The translations under genes were made by a program, and so were the position numbers. From Candidatus Sungiibacteriota bacterium (GTDB lineage Bacteria > Patescibacteriota > Minisyncoccia > Sungbacterales > HO2-52-23), in contig CP066690.1 in the NCBI GenBank assembly GCA_016432465.1, forward strand, positions 186,702 to 250,701: 64,000 nucleotides of DNA. The letters are read 5' to 3'. The notes beneath the pieces are model-generated. The model had not been told where the DNA came from. It saw only the letters and a program-made list of their open reading frames with translations, and did no database searches. Shown here one piece after another: positions 48,841-58,349 of this stretch. How positions within the stretch are numbered: the first letter of the stretch is position 1; each line of letters starts with the position of its first letter.

Positions 48841-50172
48841 TCAATTGTGATTAAGGGCTCCTTCAGTATAAATATTAGCGGCGTTCCAAAGGAGCCACCC
48901 GTGCGGCTCTGCTTTTTCTGCGGCTTCAACTTGTTTACGAATTTTCTCAACGCCCCATGGCCTACCAGCGACCCTATCTTCTTCATGGAAAAAATCTTCA
49001 AGCCACGGACGGAGACGCGCCCGGGAACGGGGAGTAGAACTTGCGGCTAGAGTTATTGCGGAAGTGGCCGGAGAAAAACCGTTAAAGGTGCTCGTGCTGA
49101 TTTTTCCATCAAGAAAATCTCTGGCAAACTGCAGCGAACGATATACCACAACGTCGGGATTTTTGCGGGCCTGCGACACACTAAAATTAACGACCGGTAA
49201 ATTCTTGTCCGGGTCGGCCTGAAGATAAAGTCCGCTGTAGTAGTGTGAAGGGTAAACCATAAATGATACGTAGTCAAAATTGTCGCCGATGTCATCTAGC
49301 CGCTGACCAATGCCCACGTCTCCGGCCCGAATCGCGGCGTACCCAAAAAGATCTGCCGAAAGTATTATATCCGGTTTGTGGGCCTTAAGATTTTTATTTA
49401 AATACTCAAAAAAACTTTTCATAACCGAGTACTTGGGGGCTTTTCCGTCCCAAGCAGGATAAATAGCATTCTCTACATCGCCGTCCGAAGGAAACCTTAA
49501 ATAGTCAAACTGCAATTCATCAAAACCCAAATCAATTATTTTTTTAGAAAAGTCCGCAATATACTCGCGCGCGCCCTGATGAGCAGGATCCAACCAATAG
49601 CCCCCGCGTTTATCGCGCCAAAAAACCACATCCGGTTTTTTACCCTCCGGACTTTTAGCGCGGAGATATTTTTTTCTGCCGCACTCATCGCCAACCGCTT
49701 TAGGACTTTTTCTGGTCAGGTACCAGTCGGGGTGCGTTTCAATCTGCGAGGCATCTTTGAAAGCAACAATCCGCGCAATAACCCAAATCTTTTTTTGATG
49801 AAGCTCCGCAATCAATTTTTTTAAACTTTCGGCGTTATAGTCAGGCCCGCAGACTTCTTTAACGTCAATCACAAGACCGTTGATCTCTGTCTCGTCAGCA
49901 AGCTCAATAATTTTCTTGCGAAGCCGTGTACCCGCAACACCCTGATCATTGGCCACGTCTGCTGTCATATAAAGTCCCTTGACGGTTTGGGACTTTTTAA
50001 GGGCTTCGGCCAGTAATTCTGCGGAGGTTTTTTCTTTAGCGGGCTGCATACCGGACGTCAAAATCCCACCAGCCAAATTGCCTATAAATATTTTTGGTGC
50101 GGCCCAGTAAATAGTTAAGGCGGCGGCACCAACTATGATTCCCGTGCCAAGACCCATCAAAAACCTATTCAT
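48841..50172 (-). CDS. Putative glycoside hydrolase (DUF4015-like TIM barrel)
   Basis: VKGLY, NGLVIDVK, IARIVAFKD, GFDELQFDYLRFP, MVYPSHY, RPWL. Confidence 0.85.
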   Translation of the reverse strand: MNRFLMGLGTGIIVGAAALTIYWAAPKIFIGNLAGGILTSGMQPAKEKTSAELLAEALKKSQTVKGLYMTADVANDQGVAGTRLRKKIIELADETEINGLVIDVKEVCGPDYNAESLKKLIAELHQKKIWVIARIVAFKDASQIETHPDWYLTRKSPKAVGDECGRKKYLRAKSPEGKKPDVVFWRDKRGGYWLDPAHQGAREYIADFSKKIIDLGFDELQFDYLRFPSDGDVENAIYPAWDGKAPKYSVMKSFFEYLNKNLKAHKPDIILSADLFGYAAIRAGDVGIGQRLDDIGDNFDYVSFMVYPSHYYSGLYLQADPDKNLPVVNFSVSQARKNPDVVVYRSLQFARDFLDGKISTSTFNGFSPATSAITLAASSTPRSRARLRPWLEDFFHEEDRVAGRPWGVEKIRKQVEAAEKAEPHGWLLWNAANIYTEGALNHN

Positions 50173-50253
50173 GGCTTAAGTATACTTAAAGGAAACAAAT
50201 TTAAAAACAGCCCCGACGTTACGTCGGGGCTGTTGATCATATCAAACGTCGGG

Positions 50254-51732
50254 TCAACCAAGATCGCCCTGCAGTCTTTTTAACCTCTTGATGTCTCTTG
50301 CTACGAGCTTATGGCTGCCCCGCAAAGAACTGGACACCGGTATGCTCCTACCTTTTACGCTAAATAAACCCCAATCATAGTAACCAGAGAGTCCGCTTCT
50401 GACCAAGGCCGTAATGTGACGTTTACGAAGCTCGGCTCTCGGAGCAGCCCTGTGCTCCCATAACACTTCACGCATCTCCTCATCCGAGAAAGGATCACGG
50501 CCGCCCAGACGCGCCTGCCACATATTATAAATACCGACCGGACTTATATCATGGTAGGCAAAATCAAACATACGCGCCCGGAAATCTGAATAATCAGACC
50601 TTTCCTTGCGACAATAATTATCCAGTAGCAGACGCTTTAAAGACCAGTCAGTATCATTAGCATACGCCTCCGGGTCGGTTCCTGTCCTAATAAGGTTGTG
50701 GGCATGTCTAAGAGTTCCCCTGATCTTATCGGACGTGTCTGTCGTTTCTCCTTCATAAAATTTGCGTAAAATCTCCAGCCACTCCAAAAGAACTTCCCGC
50801 ATACACCACTGGCCGCGTCCTTTAACAACTGTTTTTGCTCCAAGTGACGGGTCTAAAGAAAACGTCCGCAGGGCGTCATAAGGATCCTCTAAAAGCGGCA
50901 GGCTTGATCCTACGGGTCCTTTTTCAAAAAGAGAAAGAAAGACGTGCATAAGTGTCACCCGTAAACGAAGCGCTTGAGGCAACATGTTAGGGTCCCCAAG
51001 AGAAAGATGCAAACGCGTCCTGCCTTGAGGACAGTCTTCCCTTTCATTTTTAAAGTCAATAGATGGATGTCCACTCATCTCACCGTGCCAATAAACAAAT
51101 GGCTGGCGCATAAGTGCACGGGGAGAGATAACGTACTGCCACCCCAATCCGTCAAGATTCACTAAACCCCCTCCTCCAGCTAACAGCTGTCTTGAAACCA
51201 GAAGAGAAATCAAGGCTTCAAAAAATAATGGATGTTTCTGGTGGATCGTCAAATCATATCTGGTTTCGTAATTCTCATGCGAGCCGCGGAAATGGATTTT
51301 TTTGGACTTACCCCTGACAGCGTCAGAGTTATTCTTTGCAATAACCAGTGTTTTAAATTGCGGATTTTGTGAACGGAGGACTGGTTCTATGGCCTCACGC
51401 AGCAGATTAATAACCCGCTCGCCGCCCTTATCTGCCCGTACAAGCTGCTCCACGCTGCAGCACTCCGGCGTAGCGTACTCAACGTTGCCGGCATCAAGAT
51501 AAAGCGCGCCGCCGGTTGAACCTAACCAAAAGTCTTTTCCGGCGTCCCCCATCAAAAAAAGTTTCTTGACTGCGGGTGGACAGCCATCGTCTGCAAGAGA
51601 GATAATCTGATGTACTGGTTTAAAAAAATACATGTCCACCTTTACCATACTTGAAAACCTGTTCTTGTTGTTTTTTGTACGTACTGCGGTCAGGCTATAC
51701 TCGGTCTCAATACCCATGGGGCGACGTTTCAT
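50254..51732 (-). CDS. PafA/Dop-family (Pup ligase-like) protein
   Basis: MGIETEY, LYLD..EYATPEC, KNNSD, GSHENY, RLH..GD.N, DWSLKR, DFAYHDI. Confidence 0.85.
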   Translation of the reverse strand: MKRRPMGIETEYSLTAVRTKNNKNRFSSMVKVDMYFFKPVHQIISLADDGCPPAVKKLFLMGDAGKDFWLGSTGGALYLDAGNVEYATPECCSVEQLVRADKGGERVINLLREAIEPVLRSQNPQFKTLVIAKNNSDAVRGKSKKIHFRGSHENYETRYDLTIHQKHPLFFEALISLLVSRQLLAGGGGLVNLDGLGWQYVISPRALMRQPFVYWHGEMSGHPSIDFKNEREDCPQGRTRLHLSLGDPNMLPQALRLRVTLMHVFLSLFEKGPVGSSLPLLEDPYDALRTFSLDPSLGAKTVVKGRGQWCMREVLLEWLEILRKFYEGETTDTSDKIRGTLRHAHNLIRTGTDPEAYANDTDWSLKRLLLDNYCRKERSDYSDFRARMFDFAYHDISPVGIYNMWQARLGGRDPFSDEEMREVLWEHRAAPRAELRKRHITALVRSGLSGYYDWGLFSVKGRSIPVSSSLRGSHKLVARDIKRLKRLQGDLG

Positions 51733-51862
51733 CCATAACCCTAACTTAAAGATCTACGACAACTATAACAGGTCTATGCAGAAAATTAACGTTGACTTGG
51801 GAGAGAAAACGGGTTATGCTGATTTCAAACCAGCTCTTTAAATTTAGACGGACGGAGGTCGT

Positions 51863-54049
51863 GTGGCTCGGTGGCTAAAAAAAATATTTCTGGGGATAGG
51901 CGGTATAACTATTCTGTTTTTTCTGGGCTTAGGTGTGATCACACTGCTTCTTTATCTAAAGGGGTTTTTTGAATCGCCTAACCTCTCACGCCTTCAAGAT
52001 ACGCGTGGCGCCAGCATTGTTTATGACTCGGAGGGCAACGCTCTAAAAGAATTTTGCTTGTATTGTCGCGAAGTAATACCGCTGGAGGATATGGGGCTTT
52101 TTCCAAAACTTGCGGTGGCGGTTGAGGACCGACATTTTTGGAGTTTCTGGAGAGAAATTTCGCCCTTTGATTTTTTGGCGGTCCTGCGCGCGTTTTGGCA
52201 TAACCTGAAAGAGGGCGGCATAACCCAAGGCGGATCTACTATTACCCAACAACTGGCACGCATTCTTTTTGCAGAAGAGGAGCTGGAACGTGAATGGGAG
52301 AGCGGAAAGTTATCCGACAAACTTTGGCGCAAGGCCCGCGAAGCGTATCTTGCCACCATTCTGCAGTGGCGCATAGACAGGAAAAAAATTCTTGAGACCT
52401 ACCTGAACACCGTATATTGCGGCAACAGCAGATACGGCGTAAAGTCATGCAGCCGGTTTTATTTTGATAAAGACCCCAAAGATTTACAACTCATTGAGGC
52501 CTTAACCGTTGCCGGTCTTTGGAGGAATCCCAACGCGTCGCCATTCCACGATGAAGAAAAAGCACTTAAACTTAGAAACCGCGCGCTGCAGCAAATCGCT
52601 AACCAAGACCTCATCAGCGAAGAAGAAAAACTAAGACTGGAGCGGGAGAAACTTCCTACTAAAAAAACCAAAGATCCGTGCTGGAGCGCTCCGCACTTCA
52701 CGGAATTTATCAGACGCCAGATTATAGAAGAACAAAAATTTGTTGATCAGGGAATAAGGGTTTACTCTACTCTGGAAAACGGATGGCAAAAAGCGGCTTG
52801 CGAGGCGTTGGAAGCGTCGCTGGAGGCCATGAAGCAAAGAAACCCGGAATTAAAAAACGATCTCTGGGGATCCGCCTTTCTTATAGATGTGAGAACGGGG
52901 GCAATTGAAGTCTGGGCACAATATCCTACGTTCAAAGAAAATGAATTTCTACTGAACCAAAGTGCACGGCAAACCGGTTCTGCTTTCAAGCCCTTTTTTT
53001 ATGCCGCCTGGATTGCGCTGCGAGGAGGAAGACTTAGCCATCAAGATGAGGGGGAAGGACCGGCAGAGTTGGATGACTCCTATATGTCTCACGACGGAAA
53101 ATCAGCTATTTATATACCAATGGGCAGGAAAAAACCTCCGCATTTTCTGCAAAACTTCCCCTATGAGGGTCTTCCGCGTTATATAGGCATTACCGAACCA
53201 ATAAACTGTATTGCCCAATCCCGAAACGTATGCACCTTGAGCGGCATACGGGGTGTCCGGGGCTCAAGAGTTTTGTTTCGGCATCGCATCACCAAGGAAG
53301 AGTTAATAGAATTTTCTTTGGGGTTGGGAATAAATTTCCCGGTGATATCACCAGAGACAGCTATTCAGCAAGGGATAGCAACCGTTGATCCGGAACTGAC
53401 CAAACATCTTGGAATCTCCCCCTACACCATTGACCCGGGTCTTACTCTGCCCATTGGGTCAGTAGAGGTATCGCTTTGGGATATGGTTAAGGCCATGGCG
53501 GCTCTTGGTGGAAACATGGTTGAACCCTATGCAGTTGGAAGCGCTTACGACGCCTCCGGCAAACTTATTTTTGAGAAAGAACTGGAAGCGCCGTATCAAC
53601 CACTGGACGATGAGACAACTTATGCCATAATACGGGGCTTACGTTCCACTGTTGAACTTCCTCACGGGACCGGAAAAAAGGCCAAGGAAGAACTTAATTT
53701 TCAGATAATGGGAAAAACAGGAACGGCTAACCGCGTAAATCCCGAAACCGGTGAGGTGGAAACAACAGATAACTGGTTTATCGGCTGCACTCCTCAAAAG
53801 TGTATGGGGATCTGGATCGGCCGTGAAAAAAAGTTGCCCCTGAAAACTACTTTTCAGAACGGCCAGAAAATTCAGGAGACTGGCGGACGCAATGCTCTAC
53901 CCATATTCATCAAAACGATGGGGACTGTGTACGAGACAGAACCTATAGAGAATTTCCCGGAAGCAACCGATCCGCTTAAACCGTTTCGTCCTTCGGAATA
54001 TAAATACACTTATGAAAATGGGGCTATGCCCGAAAACAATGATTATTAA
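51863..54049 (+). CDS. Class A penicillin-binding protein
   Basis: Transglycosylase: EDRHF, GGSTITQQ, RKARE, YLN; transpeptidase: SAFK, SRN, KTG. Confidence 0.92.
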   Translation: MARWLKKIFLGIGGITILFFLGLGVITLLLYLKGFFESPNLSRLQDTRGASIVYDSEGNALKEFCLYCREVIPLEDMGLFPKLAVAVEDRHFWSFWREISPFDFLAVLRAFWHNLKEGGITQGGSTITQQLARILFAEEELEREWESGKLSDKLWRKAREAYLATILQWRIDRKKILETYLNTVYCGNSRYGVKSCSRFYFDKDPKDLQLIEALTVAGLWRNPNASPFHDEEKALKLRNRALQQIANQDLISEEEKLRLEREKLPTKKTKDPCWSAPHFTEFIRRQIIEEQKFVDQGIRVYSTLENGWQKAACEALEASLEAMKQRNPELKNDLWGSAFLIDVRTGAIEVWAQYPTFKENEFLLNQSARQTGSAFKPFFYAAWIALRGGRLSHQDEGEGPAELDDSYMSHDGKSAIYIPMGRKKPPHFLQNFPYEGLPRYIGITEPINCIAQSRNVCTLSGIRGVRGSRVLFRHRITKEELIEFSLGLGINFPVISPETAIQQGIATVDPELTKHLGISPYTIDPGLTLPIGSVEVSLWDMVKAMAALGGNMVEPYAVGSAYDASGKLIFEKELEAPYQPLDDETTYAIIRGLRSTVELPHGTGKKAKEELNFQIMGKTGTANRVNPETGEVETTDNWFIGCTPQKCMGIWIGREKKLPLKTTFQNGQKIQETGGRNALPIFIKTMGTVYETEPIENFPEATDPLKPFRPSEYKYTYENGAMPENNDY

Positions 54050-54106
54050 AAGGTCTGGGTTGCCAGACCTTTTTATACTGATATAGTATATGGAAAGCTT
54101 GAGAAC

Positions 54107-55378
54107 TTGGGGTGGCCAAAGATGTTCGGAGCACTATGGGTAAAACTTCTTCTGTCGCTCGTTTTTGTTTTGTCCGTGGCCACCGATTTACAGGCCTCAA
54201 CTTATTCGGTCCTTGAAAAAGTTAAAGAAGCCAAGAACGTGCTCGCTCCCTATCAACCGAGATTTAAACTTTTATATACCAACGCCCCAAAAACAAAAAA
54301 GAAACGTACCCAAAAGAAAATTCCTTATGCGCTGGAAAGAGAAGTTGCCCTGATTGGTCTTAATATGAAAGACGGAACTCTGCGTAGATTTGATTTTAGC
54401 GAAACCGTAACGCTTGACCCCAAAAAACGACCAAAAGTGACACCGCCGCAAGTCATTGCCAGCAACGACGAGTGCGCAGTTATCTGGCGCGGGGGTTCAC
54501 GGTGGGGATACAAAAGAAATCTACTGCTTGACTGCCAAGGCCAATATTTTGTGGTTCTCCGTATAATGATGCCTTCTTACCGCTCCGAGCCAACAATAAT
54601 AACTGGTCAAAAAAGCGGAAAAAGGAAATGCGTTTCTGGCCCAAAGCAAATTATAACTGGCGCCTACAGTCCTTATGCGCCAGAACTTTATCAAAAAGAT
54701 CTGGTTCGTGAAGGACGGCTATACCTTGAATCAGTTATTCTGAAAGCCCTGCAACAGCTTTCTGCGGCATACGTTCGTTCCAAAACACCGCAGGAAGAAT
54801 ACTTGAGTGAAACCGCATCGTTAGAACTTCTGCAAGCCCTGTTAATCAACGAGCATATGGACAGTGAAGAATTTTTAGCGGCCCTAAGCGTGAAGCCGCT
54901 GGTAGAAAGTTATTGGGTGGAAATCGCACTTAATAAAGAAGGAACGCATGGCTTAAGCGTCTCGCCTGCTGACGCTGTAGGCATTGCACAGTTTATTTGC
55001 CCAAGCTATGCGGAAGACCTTACCGCTTTCCCCGAAGCAAAACTTGATGCCGCATTTCTTCGGGGGATGCGCGATCACGTAAACGCAATAAAGGCCATGG
55101 TGGTGCATATGGACTTGGACGCGGCACTGCGCTGGAGCCTCAAAACAAGATCTTTTTGCGGCATGCTGGCGGAACGCATGGAAGAATGCAAGGCGGTTTC
55201 TTATTTTGCCGGCCCCAAAAAACTTCATGCAGTGGTGGATGCGCGGAGCCAACTCTGGGATACGCGTGGAGTAATAACAAAGGGTAAACGTAAATTTTTC
55301 CCCCCGCAACTTGGGGAACAAGCCCTTATTTATCTTCAAAAATTCCGCAAAATCAGAGAATATCTTTTAGAGACTTAA
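54107..55378 (+). CDS. Secreted protein with SLT/lysozyme-like C-terminal domain
   Basis: Signal peptide; INEH, SPADAVGIAQF, YFAGP; start may be ATG at 54122. Confidence 0.55.
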   Translation: MGWPKMFGALWVKLLLSLVFVLSVATDLQASTYSVLEKVKEAKNVLAPYQPRFKLLYTNAPKTKKKRTQKKIPYALEREVALIGLNMKDGTLRRFDFSETVTLDPKKRPKVTPPQVIASNDECAVIWRGGSRWGYKRNLLLDCQGQYFVVLRIMMPSYRSEPTIITGQKSGKRKCVSGPKQIITGAYSPYAPELYQKDLVREGRLYLESVILKALQQLSAAYVRSKTPQEEYLSETASLELLQALLINEHMDSEEFLAALSVKPLVESYWVEIALNKEGTHGLSVSPADAVGIAQFICPSYAEDLTAFPEAKLDAAFLRGMRDHVNAIKAMVVHMDLDAALRWSLKTRSFCGMLAERMEECKAVSYFAGPKKLHAVVDARSQLWDTRGVITKGKRKFFPPQLGEQALIYLQKFRKIREYLLET

Positions 55379-55390
55379 CACAAAAAGCCC

Positions 55391-56458
55391 TTAACGACGG
55401 GGCTTTTTCTTTTTGATTTTCTTCTTGGAAATTTTTGGAACCTGTTTCTTGTTAGAATTTTTATCTAAAGACACCAACTCTATTGTCCACGCTTCAGCGT
55501 TGTACCACGGAAATACCATAATATGGAAGGCGTTATTTAACATCTCTTCCGTGGCTTCAATCACTCCCAGTTCTTCTTCAAGCGCAACCAGAACGCGCCG
55601 CAGCCATCTGACTTCCCCCTCGCTCATGGGAAGTTTGGAGATGTCGAAAGCAGCGCCGGTGGTATGAACCGAGCGCCGTTCCGGCGTTTTACCGTCAGCA
55701 TCTGATATTTTACGCCGCAGGAGGCGTACCTGATCCTTCTCAGTTCTGACGATAGACGTTATTTTCAGCGACTTGCCGGAAGATTCAGCAAAAAAGCGTC
55801 CTGCTAAATCGTCCATAAAAGCCTTGGTAAAAGGCAGCGCAAACGGCCGCAGCGTCTTTCCTTCAAGGTAAAAACCGCGGTCCCACAACGGTATGCGTAT
55901 AAAGACGCCTTTTTGCACAAGAGCAGCAAGCATTTTAAGATCTTTAACCCGCGGCAGTTCATAAAAATCAGCAACCTCGTTCTGCCAAGCCAGCGATTTG
56001 TCTGATCCGCAAAGTATCTGCGGCTGCCCTCTGCATTCTTCTTTAGCATGTAGTACTCCTAAAAACAGGCTGAATAGCGCTAAAACGGCAAGGGCGACAA
56101 TGCTTATAAACGGCGCGGCGCCGTCCCTTTTCCCCAACTGCAGGAAAAATTTTTTTATGCGCGGCCACAGAGTGGACTGCTCGTTGTCTTTTTGTTTGGT
56201 GCCCGTTTTTAACCTTATCATTCTCCCCACCTCGTTGTCTCCCCGGCAGTGTTTGCAATAAGCGCGGCTCGCATACGGGTAGTGACATACGCAATAACAC
56301 CCCCATTCGGTCTTACTGCGTTTTTTGGTTAAATATCTCAGGGCGGCATAAGCAATCAGGGATGAAACCAGCAACGCCAGCCATCTCAATATACCCACCC
56401 TCCTTTCTTCGCCGCATGGAACTGAAATAAAAAATAGCACACTAGTGCTATTTTGCAA
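55391..56458 (-). CDS. DUF5715-like/LAS-type Zn peptidase with N-terminal TM and Cys/His knuckle
   Basis: ITSIVRT..Q, SVHTTGAAFDIS, AFHI; true start probably GTG at 56398 after AGGAGG. Confidence 0.65.
   Translation of the reverse strand: MQNSTSVLFFISVPCGEERRVGILRWLALLVSSLIAYAALRYLTKKRSKTEWGCYCVCHYPYASRAYCKHCRGDNEVGRMIRLKTGTKQKDNEQSTLWPRIKKFFLQLGKRDGAAPFISIVALAVLALFSLFLGVLHAKEECRGQPQILCGSDKSLAWQNEVADFYELPRVKDLKMLAALVQKGVFIRIPLWDRGFYLEGKTLRPFALPFTKAFMDDLAGRFFAESSGKSLKITSIVRTEKDQVRLLRRKISDADGKTPERRSVHTTGAAFDISKLPMSEGEVRWLRRVLVALEEELGVIEATEEMLNNAFHIMVFPWYNAEAWTIELVSLDKNSNKKQVPKISKKKIKKKKPRR
56431..56454. promoter_or_regulatory. Operator-like palindrome
   Basis: AAAATAGCAC-ACTA-GTGCTATTTT, between TTGCAA and a -10-like element on the minus strand. 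Confidence 0.55.
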
Positions 56459-56464
56459 TATGGT

Positions 56465-56701
56465 TTATGTTTCGTCTCGGGGGTAATAATCTTTCAGCTT
56501 TAACTTGTACTGATCACATTTTCTTTGCCATGCGCCAGCCAGTTTTCCAAGAGCCGAAACATTTATCAGCAGCACCTTGCCTAGTTTAGGAACGTGAACC
56601 TTAACGTAACTTGGGCAAACGTTGATAATAACTATGTCTTCCTCCGTAAGATTTTCGTAGGGGAGTTCGTCAAAATCGGGCTGTTTCGGCCTTTCCGGCA
56701 T
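56465..56701 (-). CDS. Small hypothetical protein
   Basis: AGGAGAAGGA before MPERPKQ. Confidence 0.55.
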   Translation of the reverse strand: MPERPKQPDFDELPYENLTEEDIVIINVCPSYVKVHVPKLGKVLLINVSALGKLAGAWQRKCDQYKLKLKDYYPRDET

Positions 56702-56851
56702 ATTCCTTCTCCTCTCGTGAGCTAAAATAGACGTAGCACACCCGTGCGACTTTTGCAAATTTCGGTTTTCTTTCTTCTGACAAGCGGGCCGCCCGCCCAT
56801 CTTTGATGGGCGGGGCGAGCCTCGCTCAACTTGCAAAGTAAATTGAGCGGG

Positions 56852-56972
56852 CCGAGTTTTGGATAAATCCCGTTAGAGATGCGGAACGTAATGTTCTTTG
56901 TGACATCAATAAGAATGGCGGAGTGCTTGTATCAACCGTTTCAGTACTGCATAAATCTCTAACGGGATAAAT
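56852..56972. mobile_element. CCCGTTAGAGA-arm mini-cassette (98-bp core, type A)
   Basis: CCGAGTTTTGG-ATAAAT-CCCGTTAGAGA(56869)...TCTCTAACGGG(56966)-ATAAAT. Confidence 0.88.
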
Positions 56973-57004
56973 AAATACCGCTGGCAGAGCCAGGCGGCAC
57001 AAAT

Positions 57005-57715
57005 TTAGTACATGACCCACGAACTGGCATAGTCCTTAATGTATTTTTCTTGCGCTGGTGTCCATGGTATGATCTCTGCCGTGCCCAGAGGAGTTTGAGG
57101 ATTTTTTTGGAAGGCTGCATGATAAAGATGCCAATCGTCACTATTGATTAGTCTACCGCATTGCTTTATTAACTTTAGCCGACCTTCTGCGATGAGTTCC
57201 TTTTCAATTCGCTCCATTATGCTCAATGCATAACATGGAGTTAGCTGGATGATGACGATAAGCACTCCTCTATTTTTCAAAACTCGGAATGCTTCTTTGG
57301 TTATCTCCCACTTTGTTAGTTCACTTATACAAATTTCTTGTGGATACGGCTCACTACGCGGAGTAGTACCGGGGGGTGGAGCAGAAAAAACACCAGAAAT
57401 GATTACAATATCAACGGACTGATTGGGAAGACACAATTTTCTACCATCGCCAAGGACGAAGTTGATACAGACCGACTTGGGGGTCGAGCCGATTTCGGTC
57501 AACTGTTTTAGCCGTTCAATGGCCCTCTGGATTGAGTCTGCATTTTTGTCCAAACAGATAAATCGATTCTCTGACGACAAATCCACATATTCGTCTATAA
57601 TTGGGGTTATAACTGGAGCATACTTATCCGGGTTGGAAAGGCAAAATGAACGGACGATTGGCCAGGGATTGGCACCACAGCCTATATCGAGAATAAGCTT
57701 TTTTTGTTGAGTCAT
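57005..57715 (-). CDS. Class I SAM-dependent methyltransferase
   Basis: ILDIGCG, GDG..L...SVD, EAFRVLK..G. Confidence 0.85.
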   Translation of the reverse strand: MTQQKKLILDIGCGANPWPIVRSFCLSNPDKYAPVITPIIDEYVDLSSENRFICLDKNADSIQRAIERLKQLTEIGSTPKSVCINFVLGDGRKLCLPNQSVDIVIISGVFSAPPPGTTPRSEPYPQEICISELTKWEITKEAFRVLKNRGVLIVIIQLTPCYALSIMERIEKELIAEGRLKLIKQCGRLINSDDWHLYHAAFQKNPQTPLGTAEIIPWTPAQEKYIKDYASSWVMY

Positions 57716-57743
57716 ATCCCCACCTATAAATGATACTCAAACT

Positions 57744-57766
57744 AAAATAGCACAGATGTGCTATTT
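57744..57766. promoter_or_regulatory. Operator-like palindrome, second copy
   Basis: AAAATAGCACA-GA-TGTGCTATTT within TTGACT-17-TATTTT on the minus strand. Confidence 0.55.
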
Positions 57767-57826
57767 AGTCAAACGGCACAAGCGGGAACCTGTTTTGCAG
57801 AAACAAATGGTTGGTTGGTGCCGAGT

Positions 57827-58045
57827 TTATAGGAAATCTAGGAACTGTTTTAACTCCAAACCCGATTGTGTAATGATATGTTTTAATGTCTTCCGTTTCA
57901 AATCTTTGTTATGATACGGAACTGTCACGCCGACCCTACCTTTAATGTAAATCCGATGGCTCCCTTTTTGACGCTCAAATACAAAACCCGCTCTTTCCAG
58001 AGCGACTATAACCTCTCTTGGTTTAAGAACGGGCGATTTAGGCAT
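57827..58045 (-). CDS. hicA: HicA-family toxin
   Basis: L..GF..RQKGSH..VTVPYH..DLK..TL..I. Confidence 0.92.
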   Translation of the reverse strand: MPKSPVLKPREVIVALERAGFVFERQKGSHRIYIKGRVGVTVPYHNKDLKRKTLKHIITQSGLELKQFLDFL

Positions 58046-58306
58046 CTATACCTTAACTTCAATCGGAGCAATAACCGCGCCTCTGGTTTCTAGCGGAATT
58101 TCTGTGTTCTTTTTCTCCATAACTTCAATGTATAAACTGGCAGCCTCTTTTATATTTTCTGCCGCTTCCTCAAAAGTATCCCCTTCCGAAATGCAACCAG
58201 GTAATGCGGGAATGGTTGCAGTAAAACCGCCAGCTTTTTCGTCCGGCTCAAAAACGGCTGTATATTGATATACTTTTTTAATTATTTTTCGCTTCATTAA
58301 ATTCAT
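58046..58306 (-). CDS. hicB: HicB-family antitoxin without DNA-binding domain
   Basis: GFTA.IPALPGCISEGDTFEEA..NIKEA. Confidence 0.92.
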   Translation of the reverse strand: MNLMKRKIIKKVYQYTAVFEPDEKAGGFTATIPALPGCISEGDTFEEAAENIKEAASLYIEVMEKKNTEIPLETRGAVIAPIEVKV

Positions 58307-58349
58307 TATACCCGGATTTGGTGTGGTGTCAACAACTTATTTTTTTGTA

